A stretch of 64,000 nt of DNA from an uncultured Gemmatimonadales bacterium (GTDB lineage: Bacteria; Gemmatimonadota; Gemmatimonadetes; Longimicrobiales; Gaopeijiaceae): the NCBI GenBank assembly GCA_963809895.1, contig CAWELD010000003.1:608001-672000 (forward strand), in the 5' to 3' direction. Shown here one piece after another: positions 21,101 to 32,622 of this stretch. The position numbers were made by a program, and so were the translations under genes. The notes below the pieces were generated by a model that searched no databases, was not told the origin of the DNA, and saw only the letters and a list, made by a program, of their open reading frames with translations. How positions within the stretch are numbered: position 1 is the first letter of the stretch; each line of letters starts with the position of its first letter.

Positions 21101-21365
21101 GCTGGGGTTGGCCCCGCTGGTGCTCTTCAGCGAGAGCGCCGACTCCACCATCTGGAACGCCCTGGGCTTCGCCCTCATCGGCGGGCTCCTGTCGTCCACG
21201 CTCTTCGTGCTCACCACCACGCCGTCGCTCTACTATCTCTTCGAACGGGGCCCGGCGCGGCGGGCCGAGCTGCGGGCGCGGGCTTTGGCCGAGGGGACGG
21301 GTGCAGCGGCGGATGAGCCCGGATCGGTGTCGGGCGGCAGCGAGCCTTCACCTCAGCCGGCGTAG
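18135..21365 (+). CDS. RND efflux permease (AcrB/MdtC-like) 2
   Basis: GLIVDNSIVVLENI, GIVVNNAILL, RVRPILMT; RBS AGGAGG. Confidence 0.95.
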   Translation: MVKLSIRRPVAVAMTYMAFTLLGVFAWRNIPIELLPETQLPRLTVTASWPGTSPETVEAFLTSPLESTISQSQGVEKIISDSREGTTSIQVEFSRDVDMDFVRLDLSERLSALEDDLPPEVRAVTVTPYVPDEFQDQNRPFLLYTFTGPYTLEALHKHLEDVVVPDLNQIEGVAVARASGGRERRLEIRVDDEKARSLGLDPVRVSAAIGALDLVREAGVVREGDAERTVTIVNRPQSADDVRRAILTTVNGTVVRVQDVASVHDTYEEARQLERINGQPAVTLTLLKEPGTNTVRVADAVKARMAQLERLNPYGSRFILNEQNDASREIHRQLTDLRSRAAIAAVVIFVVLLVFLRSFRSAGLIFATIAFSVLISLNLIYFGGLTLNLLTLMGLAMGFGLIVDNSIVVLENIYRRWQRGEDPSEASEHGAKEVVLPILASTATTLIVFVPFVYLQGELRVFYVPLAIVVGLTLLASLFVAFTFIPALATRVLSFGRRRGTAPVVALGDDVGAGALATASGGGEGAYRRAPLYVRFYEGLVGFTVRYPWVSVAVTALCFAGSWHLFDKYVTRGRVWGGGFGGDTYISVLISLPRGSNLERTDQLVTFFENKLKELPQVEEFDSRVSETNGSIRVTFPDSLELTAVPVAIKEQMVAYSHTFTGAEVRVYGYGPSFYGGGGSPPTYTITVLGYNFDKVREIAEDLGRRLKNISRVQEVDTNASQRFTRDKATEFAVHVDRTALARHDMTVQDLVAQLGAVQSGESRGQQIKIGGDELLYAVKVRDVDDMDVLALKETLISTPSGNSIRLGDVVTIEPNNVLATIHRENQQYQRNVAYEFRGPSKLGDLYRDAIIDNTVLPPGYTIDTQDYWRWSEEQRAQIYMVLGISILLIYMVTAALFESLRQPLCVLLTVPMALIGVFMMFFYARATFTREAYIGVIMMGGIVVNNAILLVDHINRVRATGQHALPEAILRGTLERVRPILMTTATTVLGLAPLVLFSESADSTIWNALGFALIGGLLSSTLFVLTTTPSLYYLFERGPARRAELRARALAEGTGAAADEPGSVSGGSEPSPQPA

Positions 21366-21631
21366 CCGGTCCGGCCGGACCCCTCACCCCAGCCGGCGTA
21401 GCGGTCCATCCAGGCCGGCGGGTGCGCTGGCGCGGCAAAGGAAGACGTTGAGGTTGTGGGGCATCGCCCCACTTCCGTGTCCTCCACATTCCCGCACTGG
21501 AGGCCGGAACTCTCCCCCTATCTGCCGGGACCCGCGAAGGCGTAACTAAAGCTCCTGGGGGCCGGAGCGCGCGGCTGCCGGCCCGTCCCTCCCTCGGAGC
21601 GGGCTCCTGGCGAGCCCCTCAGGAGCGGGCC

Positions 21632-23314
21632 ATGAGCACTGTCGCCGGCGCCCACGCGGGCCTGGATCGGGAGACGCTGGACCTCATTCTGGCGTCCATC
21701 CAGGACTTCGCCGACCAGAACCTGCCCACCGAGCTCCTCCTGGAGCTGGACGCCACCCACACCTTTCCGGAAGACCTGGTCCGCGCCATGTGCGGCGAGT
21801 TGGGCGTGCATCTGCTCTTCATCCCCGAGGCCTACGGAGGGATGGGCGGCGGGGCCTTCGACGTCTACCGGGTGTGCGAGCTCATGGGGGCCATGGACCT
21901 GAGCATCGCCACCGGCGTCCTGGCCACCTTCCTGGGCAGCGATCCGATCCTGTGGGGCGGCACCGAGGCGCAGAAGGAGCGCTGGATGACCCGGATTGCC
22001 GAGGAAGGTCTCCTCATGGCGTACGGCGCCACCGAGCCCGAGGCCGGCAGCGACCTGGGCGCCCTGCGCACCACGGCCACCCCGGTTCCGGCCACCGCCG
22101 AGACGCCGGCGGGCTACCGCATCAACGGCGCCAAGATGTGGATCAGCAACGGCGGGTACGCCGACCTCTACAGCGTGCTGGCGATGGCCCCGGCCGGGCC
22201 GACCTGGTTCGTGGTGGAGGCCGGCAGCGAAGGGCTGTCGGCGGGCAAGCCCGAGGACAAGCACGGCATTCGCGCAAGCAATACCGCTGCCCTCGCCTTC
22301 GAAGACCTGTTCGTGCCGGCGGACCAGCTCATCGGCGACCGGGAGGGACAGGGGCTCGTGCAGGCCCAGCTCGTGTTCGGCTACACGCGGCTCATGGTGG
22401 CCGCCTTCGGCCTGGGGGCCGGCTGGGCCGCATTGGAGCGGGCGCTCACCTACTCCACCACGCGCATCCAGGCCGGCGGGCCGCTGTCCGAGAAGCAGGG
22501 CTACACGCACAAGCTCATCGTGCCCCACGCCTGCCGCCTCGAGGCAGGCCGCGCCTTCATCGAGGAGACCGCGGCCCGGATCGACGCCGGTGAGGGCAGC
22601 CTCAACACCGAGGGGGCCATCGCCAAGTACGTGGCCACCGAGGCCGGCAACGAGGCGGCCGACGCCGCCATCCAGGCACTGGGCGGCTACGGCTACACCC
22701 GGGAGTACGTGGTGGAGAAGATCCGCCGTGACGTGCGCATCACCACGATCTACGAGGGCACGTCGGAGATCATGGAAATGACCATCGCCCGGGATCGCTG
22801 GCAGGAACACCTCAAGAGCCGCGGCCGCCACTACCACGACCGGGCCGCGGAGCTGGAGGGGCTGGCCGCCACACGGCCCGAGGTGGGCGCCGAAACCGCG
22901 GCGCTGGCCCACCACGCGCTGGCCGAGGTGCTGGAGCGTGCCCGGGTGGCGCGCCTCACGCGCAACCAGCACGTCCTCTTCCGCCTGGGGGCGCTCATCG
23001 CCGCCGTGGAGAGCGCGGGCGCGCTGGCCAGGAGAGCCGCGAAGGCCCTGGCGGGCGAGCTTCCCGCCAAGGGACTGGCGCGGCTCGCTCCCGACGCGTA
23101 CGCCGCGCTCAGCCGCTGCTACGCACGGGATGCGGCGGCGCGCGTCGCCGCCGAGGGCGTGCGTTGGACCGTGGGCGGCGACGGGGTGGACGCCTCGGAG
23201 CAGGGGGCCTTCGAGGCAGGGCTGGGACTGGCGGCCATCCACCGGGCGCAGGCGGGCTTGTTGGCGGACATGGACCGGGTGGCGCGGGGACTCTACGAGC
23301 GGCTCGAGGGTTGA
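21632..23314 (+). CDS. Acyl-CoA dehydrogenase with C-terminal extension
   Basis: [39 protein letters not shown]. Confidence 0.92.
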   Translation: MSTVAGAHAGLDRETLDLILASIQDFADQNLPTELLLELDATHTFPEDLVRAMCGELGVHLLFIPEAYGGMGGGAFDVYRVCELMGAMDLSIATGVLATFLGSDPILWGGTEAQKERWMTRIAEEGLLMAYGATEPEAGSDLGALRTTATPVPATAETPAGYRINGAKMWISNGGYADLYSVLAMAPAGPTWFVVEAGSEGLSAGKPEDKHGIRASNTAALAFEDLFVPADQLIGDREGQGLVQAQLVFGYTRLMVAAFGLGAGWAALERALTYSTTRIQAGGPLSEKQGYTHKLIVPHACRLEAGRAFIEETAARIDAGEGSLNTEGAIAKYVATEAGNEAADAAIQALGGYGYTREYVVEKIRRDVRITTIYEGTSEIMEMTIARDRWQEHLKSRGRHYHDRAAELEGLAATRPEVGAETAALAHHALAEVLERARVARLTRNQHVLFRLGALIAAVESAGALARRAAKALAGELPAKGLARLAPDAYAALSRCYARDAAARVAAEGVRWTVGGDGVDASEQGAFEAGLGLAAIHRAQAGLLADMDRVARGLYERLEG

Positions 23315-23385
23315 CCTCGGGCGGCTACCACACTCCACGCCGCCGGCCGGTGCGGTCGGCGGCTCACGCAGGCAGGGAGCGGGAC

Positions 23386-26300
23386 ATGGCAGGCACGGTC
23401 GACAGGGCCATCGCCATCGTGGGCGTGGGGGCGATCATGCCCGACGCCGCCGACGCGGACGCCTTCTGGCAGAACCTGGCGGACGGACGCTACAGCATCA
23501 GCGACGTCCCGCCCGAGCGCTGGGATCCCGACCTCTACTACGACCCCGACCCGGCGGCGCCGGACAAGACGTACTCCCGGATCGGCGGCTGGGTGGGCGC
23601 CTGGGATTGGAATCCCCTGGCCTGGCGGCTGCCCATCCCGCCCCGGGTGAGCGACGTCATGGATCTGGCCCAGAAATGGGCCATCGTCACGGCCCGGCAT
23701 GCCCTCCTGGACTACGGCTGGCCCGAGCGCGCGCTGAACCCCGAGCGCACGGCGGTGATCCTGGGGAACGCGCTGGGCGGCGATACCCACCTGCTGTCCG
23801 CGGCCCGCATCCTCTTTCCCGAGGTCGGCGACGAGCTCGCCCACGCGCCCACCTTCCAGAGCCTGCCGGCAGAGGTGCGAGGCGCCGTCATGGAGGAGTT
23901 GCTGGCCGGCGTGCGGAGCCGAATTCCGGACATCACCGAAGACACCATGCCCGGCGAGCTCAGCAACATCGTGGCCGGGCGGGTGGCGGCGGTCTTCGAC
24001 TTCCGCGGGCCCAACTTCGTCACCGACGCTGCCTGCGCGTCGGCCATGGCCGCCGTGAGCGCCGCCGTCGAGGGCCTGGAGGAGGGAGATTACGACACGG
24101 TCCTGACCGGCGGCATCGACGCCAACATGAGCCCGTCCACCTTCGTGAAGTTCTGCAAGATCGGCGCGCTGTCGGGCACCGGGACGAGGCCCTACGCCGA
24201 CGGGGCCGACGGCTTCGTCATGGGTGAGGGCGCCGCCACCTTCCTGCTCAAGCGCCTGGAGGACGCCGAGCGGGACGGCGACCGGGTGTACGCGGTGATC
24301 CGCGGACTCGGAGGCTCCAGCGACGGCCGGGGCAAGGGCATCACGGCCCCGAATCCCGTGGGCCAGCGCCTCGCCGTGGCCCGCGCCTGGGAGCGTGCGG
24401 GGCTCCGTCCCGAGGCCGGCGACATGGTCGAGGGGCACGGCACCTCCACGCGGGTGGGCGACGTGGTAGAGGTGGAGAGTCTCGGGCACGTCTTTCGCGA
24501 CTGGGGACTGGCCTCGGGGTCGGTGGCTCTGGGCTCCGTCAAGTCCAACATCGGGCACCTGAAGGCCGGCGCCGGCGCCGCGGGGCTCTTCAAGGCGGCG
24601 CTGGCGCTCCATCACAAGCAGCTTCCACCGAGCCTCAACTTCGAGCGGCCCAACCCGGCCATCGACTTCGCCGCCTCGCCCTTCCGGGTGGTGACGGAGC
24701 TCGCGCCCTGGGACAAGCCGGGCGGCGATGCGGTTCGGCGGGCCGGCGTGAGCGCCTTCGGCTTCGGGGGCACGAACTTCCATGCCGTGCTGGAGGAGTA
24801 CGTGCCCGGGCGTCTCGGGCGTCGTGCGCCCACGAGCACCGGCGCCGAGCTCGAGCGTCCCGGCGTTCCCGGCAATGGACACGCCACGAGGGCAGGTGGT
24901 ACGCCTCCGGCTTCTGGTGGCCAGCCTCCGAGGATGCCGCTCCGAGGAGCGCTCCTGGTGGGGGCGGCCACCGACGCCGAGCTGGCCTGGCGTCTACGGC
25001 AGGTAGCTGCCGAGGCGGCGGCCGGTCAGGCGCCGCCCCCGGGTATGCCTCTGGCTCGCGACCTGGAAGCGCCGGTGCGGGTGGCCATCGACTACGGCGA
25101 CGCCGAGGAGTTGGCGGCGGGTGCCGAACAGGCCGCGACCGCGCTGGAGGAGGGCGACGCCGGGCGCTGGAGAGCGCTCCGCAACAAGGGCGTGTTTCTG
25201 GGTCGGGGCCGGCCCGGCGAGGTGGCGTTCCTCTTCACCGGGCAGGGCTCGCAATACGTGGGAATGCTCCGGGAGCTCCGGCGCCTCGACCCGGTGGTGG
25301 CGGCCACCTTCGATGAAGCTGACGGCATCATGACGCCCCTCATCGGCGGCCCGCTGACGGATCGCATCTTCGTGGACGAAGACGACGAGGCGGCGGTGGC
25401 CGCCGCCGAAGAGGATCTCAAGCAGACCGCCATCACCCAGCCCGCGGTGCTCACCGTCGATACGGCACTGGCCCGTCTCATGGGCTCGTTCGGCATCCGT
25501 CCGGACATGGTCATGGGCCACAGTCTGGGCGAGTACGCCGCGCTGGTGGCGGCGGGGGCCATGACCTTCCGGGACTCCCTCATGGCGGTCTCGGCCCGGG
25601 GCCGGGCCATGACCGACCTGACACTGGGCGACAACGGGACCATGGCCGCGGTCTTCGGGGCCGTGGACCGGGTGGCCGAGCTGGTCGAGGCCATGGACGG
25701 CTACGTGGTGGTGGCGAACCTGAACAGCACCAAGGAGTGCGTCATCGGCGGCGCCACCGAGGACATGGACAAGGCCATGGAGGCGCTCCGGGACGAGGGG
25801 CTCCGGGTGGTGCAGTTGCCGGTGAGCCACGCCTTCCACACGCGCATCGTCGCCCCGGCTTCCGAGCCCCTGTCCATCACGCTGCGCGGTCTGGACCTGC
25901 GGCCGCCCGAGATTCCCATCGTGGCCAACGTGGACGGCGAGTTCTACCGCATGGAGCCCGGCAGCGAGGCCGGAATCGTGGACGTGCTGGCGACCCAGAT
26001 CGGTGCGCCGGTGCAGTTCGTGAAGGGGCTGCGCACGCTGTACGAGGCCGGGGCCCGCATCTTCGTGGAGATGGGTCCCAAGCGGGTGCTGTACGGTCTC
26101 GCGGAAGATGTTCTGGGCGAGCATGACGACGTGACCACCCTCTACACGAACCACCCGCGTACCGGCGACGTGGTCGCCGCCAACCGCGCGCTGTGCGGGT
26201 TGTGGGCCGCGGGGGTGGGAGAGGGAGCAAGGGAAGAGGTGGCGGCCTCGACGCCCGACCCCGTGGCGCCGACGGCGCCAGCGGCCGGTCCCGAGGACCG

Positions 26301-29300
26301 CTACCTGACGCTGGGCCGCATGTTCGCGGACTTTCTGGACCAGAGCTTCCAGGTCTACGGGGGTGAAGGACGCCGCCCCCAGGCGACCAGAGTAGGCATC
26401 ACCGGAGCATCGCTCGGACTTCCGGGCACCGAAGGCGTGCTGGCCGATGACAACGCGGCGCGGCTTCTGGAAGGCACGCAGCTCATCGAGGCCGTGCCGG
26501 CCGCCGTGCGCACGGGGATGCTCGGCCGGCGCATCACCCGCCTGGTGAAAGGGAGCGGTGGGGAGGCGAGCTTCGAGACCATCGCCGACGAGAGTGACGT
26601 GGTGAAGCTCGCCGGGCAGGGCAGAGACGAGGCGCTGGTGGAGCGCTACGGGTTCCCCCGGGATCGGGTCGCCGCACTGGACCGGGTAACCCGGCTCGCC
26701 ATCGCTGCCGGGATCGATGCACTGCGCGACGCGGGCATCCCCCTGGTGCGACGCTACCGTACCACCACCACCGGCTCGCAGCTACCCGAGGGATGGGAGC
26801 TGCCCGAGGAGATGCGGGACGACACGGGCATCATCTTCGGGTCGGCCTTTCCGGGAGTCGACACCCTGGTGCGCACCCTGGACGCCTATCACGAGGATCG
26901 CACGCGTCGCGCCCGGCTGGATGAGCTCCGGACCCTGCGCGACGCCGGGGCCGATCACATGGATTCCGAGGCCCGGCTGACGCTGGAGCGGCGCCTCGCC
27001 GAGGCCAAGGCGGCCGTGGAGGAGGAGCCCTTCCAGTTCGACCGCCGCTTCCTGTTGCAGGTCCTGGCCATGGGCCATTCCCAGTTCGCCGAGTACATCG
27101 GCGCCCGGGGACCGAACATTCAGACGAACGCGGCCTGCGCCACGGGCACGCAAGCCGTGGCGCTGGCCGGGGATTGGATCGAAGCGGGGCGTTGCCGCCG
27201 CGTCATCGTGGTCACTGCCGACGATGTCACCAACGAAGCCATGTTCCCCTGGTTCGGCGCGGGCTTCCTGGCGTCGGGGGCGGCGGCCACCGACGCTCGC
27301 GTGGAGGACGCGGCGCTCCCCTTCGACAGGCGGCGCCACGGCATGATCGTGGGCATGGGCGCCGCGGCTCTCGTGGTCGAGGATCTGTCTTCGGCCGCGG
27401 GGCGCGGCCTGGATCCCATCTGCGAGTTGTTGGGGACCGAGGTGGCCAACAGCGCTTTCCACGGCACCCGGCTGGACGTGGAGCACATCGCCGAGGTCAT
27501 GGAACGGCTGGTGGCCGGGGTGGAAGCCCGCCACGGGCTGCGACGCGACGAGCTGGCCCGGGAGCTGGTCTTCGTCTCGCACGAGACCTACACGCCCGCT
27601 CGGGGCGGTAGCGCCTCGGCCGAGGTGCGAGCCCTGCGCCACGTGTTCGGGGCGCGGGCCGACGACGTGGTGGTGGCCAACACGAAGGGATTCACGGGGC
27701 ACCCCATGGCCGTGGCCATCGAGGACGTCCTGGCCGTACGCATGCTGGAGACCGGGATCGTGCCGCCGGTGGCGAACTTCCGGGAAGTGGATCCGGAACT
27801 GGGCCGCCTGAACCTGTCGCGCGGCGGGTCCTACCCCGTGCGGTACGCGCTGCGGCTGGGTGCGGGATTCGGCTCTCAGATCAGCATGAGCCTGCTGCGC
27901 TGGACGCCCCCGCCGGACGGCGCGCGCCGGGATCCGAGGCGGAACGGGTTCGCGGGCCGCGTGCGCGATCCCGCGGCCTGGAACGCGTGGCTACGGCGCG
28001 TGACCGGCTACGCGGTGCCCGAGCTGGAGGTCGAAGCGCGCACCCTCAGGTTGAGGGATCAGGGGCCGCCGAGGCCCACGCGTGTTCCGCCGCCGTCGAT
28101 GCCTGCCTCCGCCGAGGCTCCCGTCCGGACGGCCACGGCTCCGATTCCGCCGACGACACCGAAGGTCGTGGAGGCTCCTCCCGAGGTCGCGGCGCCGCCG
28201 AGCCCCGCGGTGACCGAGACGACGCCCGCGACCGCACCCGCGCCCTCCTCCTCCGAGGTGGAGTCCGAGGTGCGCGGGCGTGTGCTGGGGATCGTGGCGG
28301 AGCAGACGGGCTACCCGGCGGACATGCTGGAGCTGGACCTGGATCTGGAAGCGGATCTGGGGATCGACACGGTGAAGCAGGCGGAGATGTTCGCGGCGAT
28401 CCGCGAAGCGTACGACATCGAGCGCGACGAGAACCTGGCGCTGAGGGACTACCCGACGCTGGCCCATGCCATCGAGTTCGTGTTCGAGAAGAGGCCGGAG
28501 CTCAGGGGCGCGGGTGGCGGTGGAGTACCTGTCGCGGCCCCCGCGGAACCTGTGGCGACGGCCGCAGCGCCGCCCGCGACGCCCACCGTGGAGTCCGAGG
28601 TGCGGGAGCGCGTACTGGGGATCGTGGCGGAGCAGACGGGCTACCCGGCGGACATGCTGGAGCTGGACCTGGATCTGGAAGCGGATCTGGGGATCGACAC
28701 GGTGAAGCAGGCGGAGATGTTCGCGGCGATCCGCGACGCGTACGACATCGAGCGCGACGAGAACCTGGCGCTGAGGGACTACCCGACGCTGGCCCATGCC
28801 ATCGAGTTCGTGTTCGAGAAGAGACCGGAGCTCAGGGGCGCGGCCTCGTCGCCGTCCGCGGATCCGGTGACATCGACATCGACGTCTGGCGTCGGCGGTG
28901 GCGGAACCGGCGTCAGCGCAGGCACCGGCCGCGGCGCCCTCCTCCTCCGAGGTGGAGTCCGAGGTGCGGGAGCGCGTGCTGGGGATCGTGGCGGAGCAGA
29001 CGGGCTACCCGGCGGACATGCTGGAGCTGGACCTGGATCTGGAAGCGGATCTGGGGATCGACACGGTGAAGCAGGCGGAGATGTTCGCGGCGATCCGTGA
29101 CGCGTACGACATCGAGCGCGACGAGAACCTGGCGCTGAGGGACTACCCGACGCTGGCCCATGCCATCGAGTTCGTGTTCGAGAAGAGACCGGAGCTCCGC
29201 TCGAGGGTGGGTGCGGCGGCGGCCACCGACGCTCCGGCAGAGGTGGGATCGGAGGAGACCGCGACCGGCACGGTGGCGGCCCCGGCGCCTCGGTCCTCCG

Positions 29301-31801
29301 TGCCCCGGGGATCCATGGAGGCGGCCCGGGCGCTGCCCCGACGGGGTCCGGTGGCACGTCTCAGGCCTCCGGCCACCCGCTTCGACAGCACGGGCGTGGA
29401 GTTGGCCGAGGGCGACCGCGTGGTCGTGATGCCCGACGAGGGCGGCGTGGGCGCGGCCCTGAAGGGACGCCTGGAATCCCGGGGCGTGACGGTCCTCGAC
29501 ATCGACGGCGACCCGTCCGTGGCCGACATGGAATCCATGGCCGAGGCCTGGGCCGCCGCGGGACCCGTGCGAGGCGTGTACTGGCTGCCGGCTCTGGACG
29601 GGGTGGATCAGGCGTCGTTGGAGGACGCCGGGTCGCGGCGTGCCGCGCTGCACCGCCGCGTGAAGCTTCTCCACGCCACCATGCGGGCCCTCTACGAGCG
29701 GGTCGGTGCGTCCGGGACGTTCCTGGTCGCCGGCACCCGCCTCGGGGGCCGGCACGGGTACGACGAGGACGGGGCCACCGACGTGGCCGGAGGCGCCGTC
29801 ACCGGGTTCACGAAGTCCTTCGGCCGCGAGCGCCCCGAAGCGCTGGTGAAGGCGGTGGACTTCGAGCCGTCGCGCAAGACCGCGGCGCTGGCGGACCTGC
29901 TCCTGGAAGAAACGCTCCACGACCCGGGCGTGGTGGAGGTGGGTTACGCCCGGGATCGCCGGTGGGCCGTGGCATTCGAGGACCTGCCACCACACGAGCC
30001 CGAGGGTGTCGAGAGCACCTGGAAAGGCGGTGGTGTCCATGTCGTGACCGGCGCAGCCGGGAGCATCGTGTCGGCCATCGTCGCCGATCTCGCGTCGGCA
30101 GGCGGCGGTACCTTCTGGCTCCTGGACCTGACGCCCGAACCCGACCCGGCCGACCCGGACCTGCAGCGCTTCCGCACGGACCCCGACGGCCTCAAGCGCG
30201 AGCTCTTCGAGCGCATGCGCGCCCGGGGCGAGCGGGCGACCCCGGCACGGGTCGAGCGAGCGCTGGCCGGGATCGAGCGCTCGGCCACGGCACTGGCCAC
30301 CATGGAGGCGGTGCGGGCGGCGGGAGGCCGGGCCGTGTGGCGGAGCTGCGACCTGCGCGACGCCGAGGCGGTGGCGGAGATCCTGGCGGAGCTCCGGGGT
30401 CAGCATGACGCGGTCGACGTGCTGATCCACGCCGCAGGGCTGGAGATCAGCCGCTCGCTCCCGGACAAGTCTCCAGAGGAGTTCGCGCTGGTCTTCGACG
30501 TGAAGGCCGATGGCTGGCTGAACCTGATGGCGGGCCTGGCCGACACGCCCCTGGGAGCCGCGGTGGTGTTCAGCTCCATCGCCGGGCGCTTCGGCAACGC
30601 GGGTCAGGCCGACTACAGCGCGGCCAACGACCTGCTCTGCAAAGCGGTGTCGGCGCTGCGCCGCACGCGGCCCGACACCCGGGGGCTGGCGCTGGATTGG
30701 ACGGCGTGGGCCGACATCGGTATGGCCGCACGCGGCTCCATCCCAGCCATCATGGCCCGGGCGGGCATCGACATGCTCCCGCCCGAGGCGGGCATCCCGG
30801 TCGTGCGGCGCGAGCTGGGCCTCGCAACCCGCGCCGAGCTGGTGGTGGCACAGGCGCTGGGGACCATGCTGGAGGACCGGGCACCGCGTGGGGGGTGGCC
30901 GGCGGAGAGCGGCTCGTCTGCTGGGCCCATGGCGGGCATGGTGACCCGTTTCTCGCCCGAAACCGGGCTCGACATGGAGGTCACCCTGGATCCCGCGGAG
31001 CAGCCGTTCCTGCGGGACCACCGCATCGACGGGGTGGCGGTGCTGCCCGGGGTGATGGGGCTGGAGGCCATGGCCGAAGCCGCGCTGACCGGCTTCCCCG
31101 AGCTGCGCCTGGTAGCGGCGGAGGACGTGCGTTTCCTGGCGCCGTTCAAGTTCTATCGCGACGAGCCGCGCACCGTCTACACGAGCGCCCGCTTCGCCCT
31201 CGAAGGTGACCAGGTGGTGGCGGACTGCGTGGTGCTTGGCCGCCGCACCCTCCACGGGCGAGCGGAGCCCGAGGTCACGGTCCACTTCAGGGGTCGGATC
31301 CGCATAGCGGTCCAGGACGCAGCCGCGGCCTCGTCGGAGGACTGGCCCGCAGAAGAGGCGGAGGGCGTCGAGGCTTCGGACATCTATCGCCTCTTCTTCC
31401 ACGGTCCGGCATACCAGGTGGTGGCCAGGGCCTGGAGGGCCGATGGGCGGGTGGAGGGACGTCTTGCCGCGCCGCTTCCGGCCAATCACGCGCCGGCGGA
31501 GCTGCCGACGGTGGCCGCGCCGCGTCTGGTGGAGCTTGCCTTCCAGGTGGCGGGACTGGCCGAGATGTCGGCCTCTCGCCGCATGGGGCTGCCCGACGGC
31601 ATCGGCCGGTTGGAGTTCAGTGGCGGGGTCCCCGGCGAGGCCGAGGGCATGGTGGCCGTGGCCCGGGCGTCGAACGGCGAGGAGCACGAGGTCGTCGTGA
31701 TCGACGGAGACGGCCGCGTCCGCCTCGAGCTCACGGGCTACCGGACATCGGCGCTGCCCGGGGTGGTGGACGCCACGCCGCTGGAGAGGCTCAAGGGCTG
31801 A
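23386..31801 (+). CDS. Type I PKS/FAS-like megasynthase KS-AT-KS-ACP-ACP-ACP-KR-DH (apparent +1 frameshift between 28871 and about 28950)
   Basis: KS1 DAACAS/EGHGTST/NIGHLK; AT GHSLG/HAFH; KS2 NAACAT/SHETYT/FTGHPM; 3x [44 protein letters not shown]. Confidence 0.9.
28258..29197 (+). repeat. Three near-identical ~245-bp ACP-coding repeats
   Basis: Copies at about 28258-28503, 28588-28833 and 28952-29197, separated by Ala/Pro-rich linkers. Confidence 0.93.
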
Positions 31802-32538
31802 TGTCGGTGATCCATCTGGCTCGGGCCGAGGTCCGGGAGGTCCCTTCGGGGGATGGCTGGCTGGCGTCGCCCGAGCGCCAGGAACAGCCGCCGCCCCGCT
31901 TCGGCAAGCGACGGTCCGACTGGCGCCTGGGCCGCTGGACGGCGCACCGGGCGTTGCAGGGCTTTCTCGAGGTGGAGGAGGTGGCCCGGGGCCAGGGCGA
32001 GCCCTACGTCCAGGCCGGCGAGGACGGTGCGCCGCGGGTGCGCTGGACCGGCGGGACCGGGCCTCGCCTCGTGGTGTCCCTCAGCCACAGCCACGGGGCC
32101 GGTTTCGCGGCCGTGGGGCCGGGGCCGGAGCTGGCGCTGGGGGTCGATCTCGAGCGGGTGGAGCCACGCAGCGCGGCCTTCATCCGCGACTACCTCACGC
32201 CCGCAGAGCAGGCGACCATCGCCGCCGCACCCGAGGATCACGTGCGGGTCCTGGCCAACCTGGCGTGGAGCGGCAAGGAATCGGTGCTCAAGGCGCTCCG
32301 CGAGGGACTTCGCATGGACCCGGCGACGGTCGAGGTGGATCTGGAAGGGCCGGCCCGCGCGCTGGCGGACGCCGGCTCCGGGGTCTCCGAGGTCCCGTGG
32401 CAGGGCCTCTCCGTGGTGCGAGCGAACGGTGGCTCGCTCCACGGTTGGTGGCGGCTGGAGGACGGTTTCGTGTGGACCATCGCCTGCGACGCCAGCGTGC
32501 AGCTGCGGGAAGAGGCGCCGGTCGCCCGCGGCGCCTGA
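31801..32538 (+). CDS. Sfp-type 4'-phosphopantetheinyl transferase
   Basis: VSLSHS, LGVDLE, WSGKESVLKA; start overlaps the PKS stop. Confidence 0.9.
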   Translation: MSVIHLARAEVREVPSGDGWLASPERQEQPPPRFGKRRSDWRLGRWTAHRALQGFLEVEEVARGQGEPYVQAGEDGAPRVRWTGGTGPRLVVSLSHSHGAGFAAVGPGPELALGVDLERVEPRSAAFIRDYLTPAEQATIAAAPEDHVRVLANLAWSGKESVLKALREGLRMDPATVEVDLEGPARALADAGSGVSEVPWQGLSVVRANGGSLHGWWRLEDGFVWTIACDASVQLREEAPVARGA

Positions 32539-32622
32539 AGTCCCTGCGCTCTTCATCCCCGGGCCGGATTGCGTAGGTTTCGGGCTGGATGCCCTCCCCC
32601 CACCCGAGCCCGCAAGGTGAAC

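Noticed and set aside
21344..21408. ~28-bp imperfect duplication of the RND gene end (CAGCCGGCGTAGC)
   Set aside because: Real but only two copies; most likely a local slippage scar
28871..28950. Programmed frameshift in the PKS
   Set aside because: No slippery motif, and similar indels hit essential genes, so error is more likely
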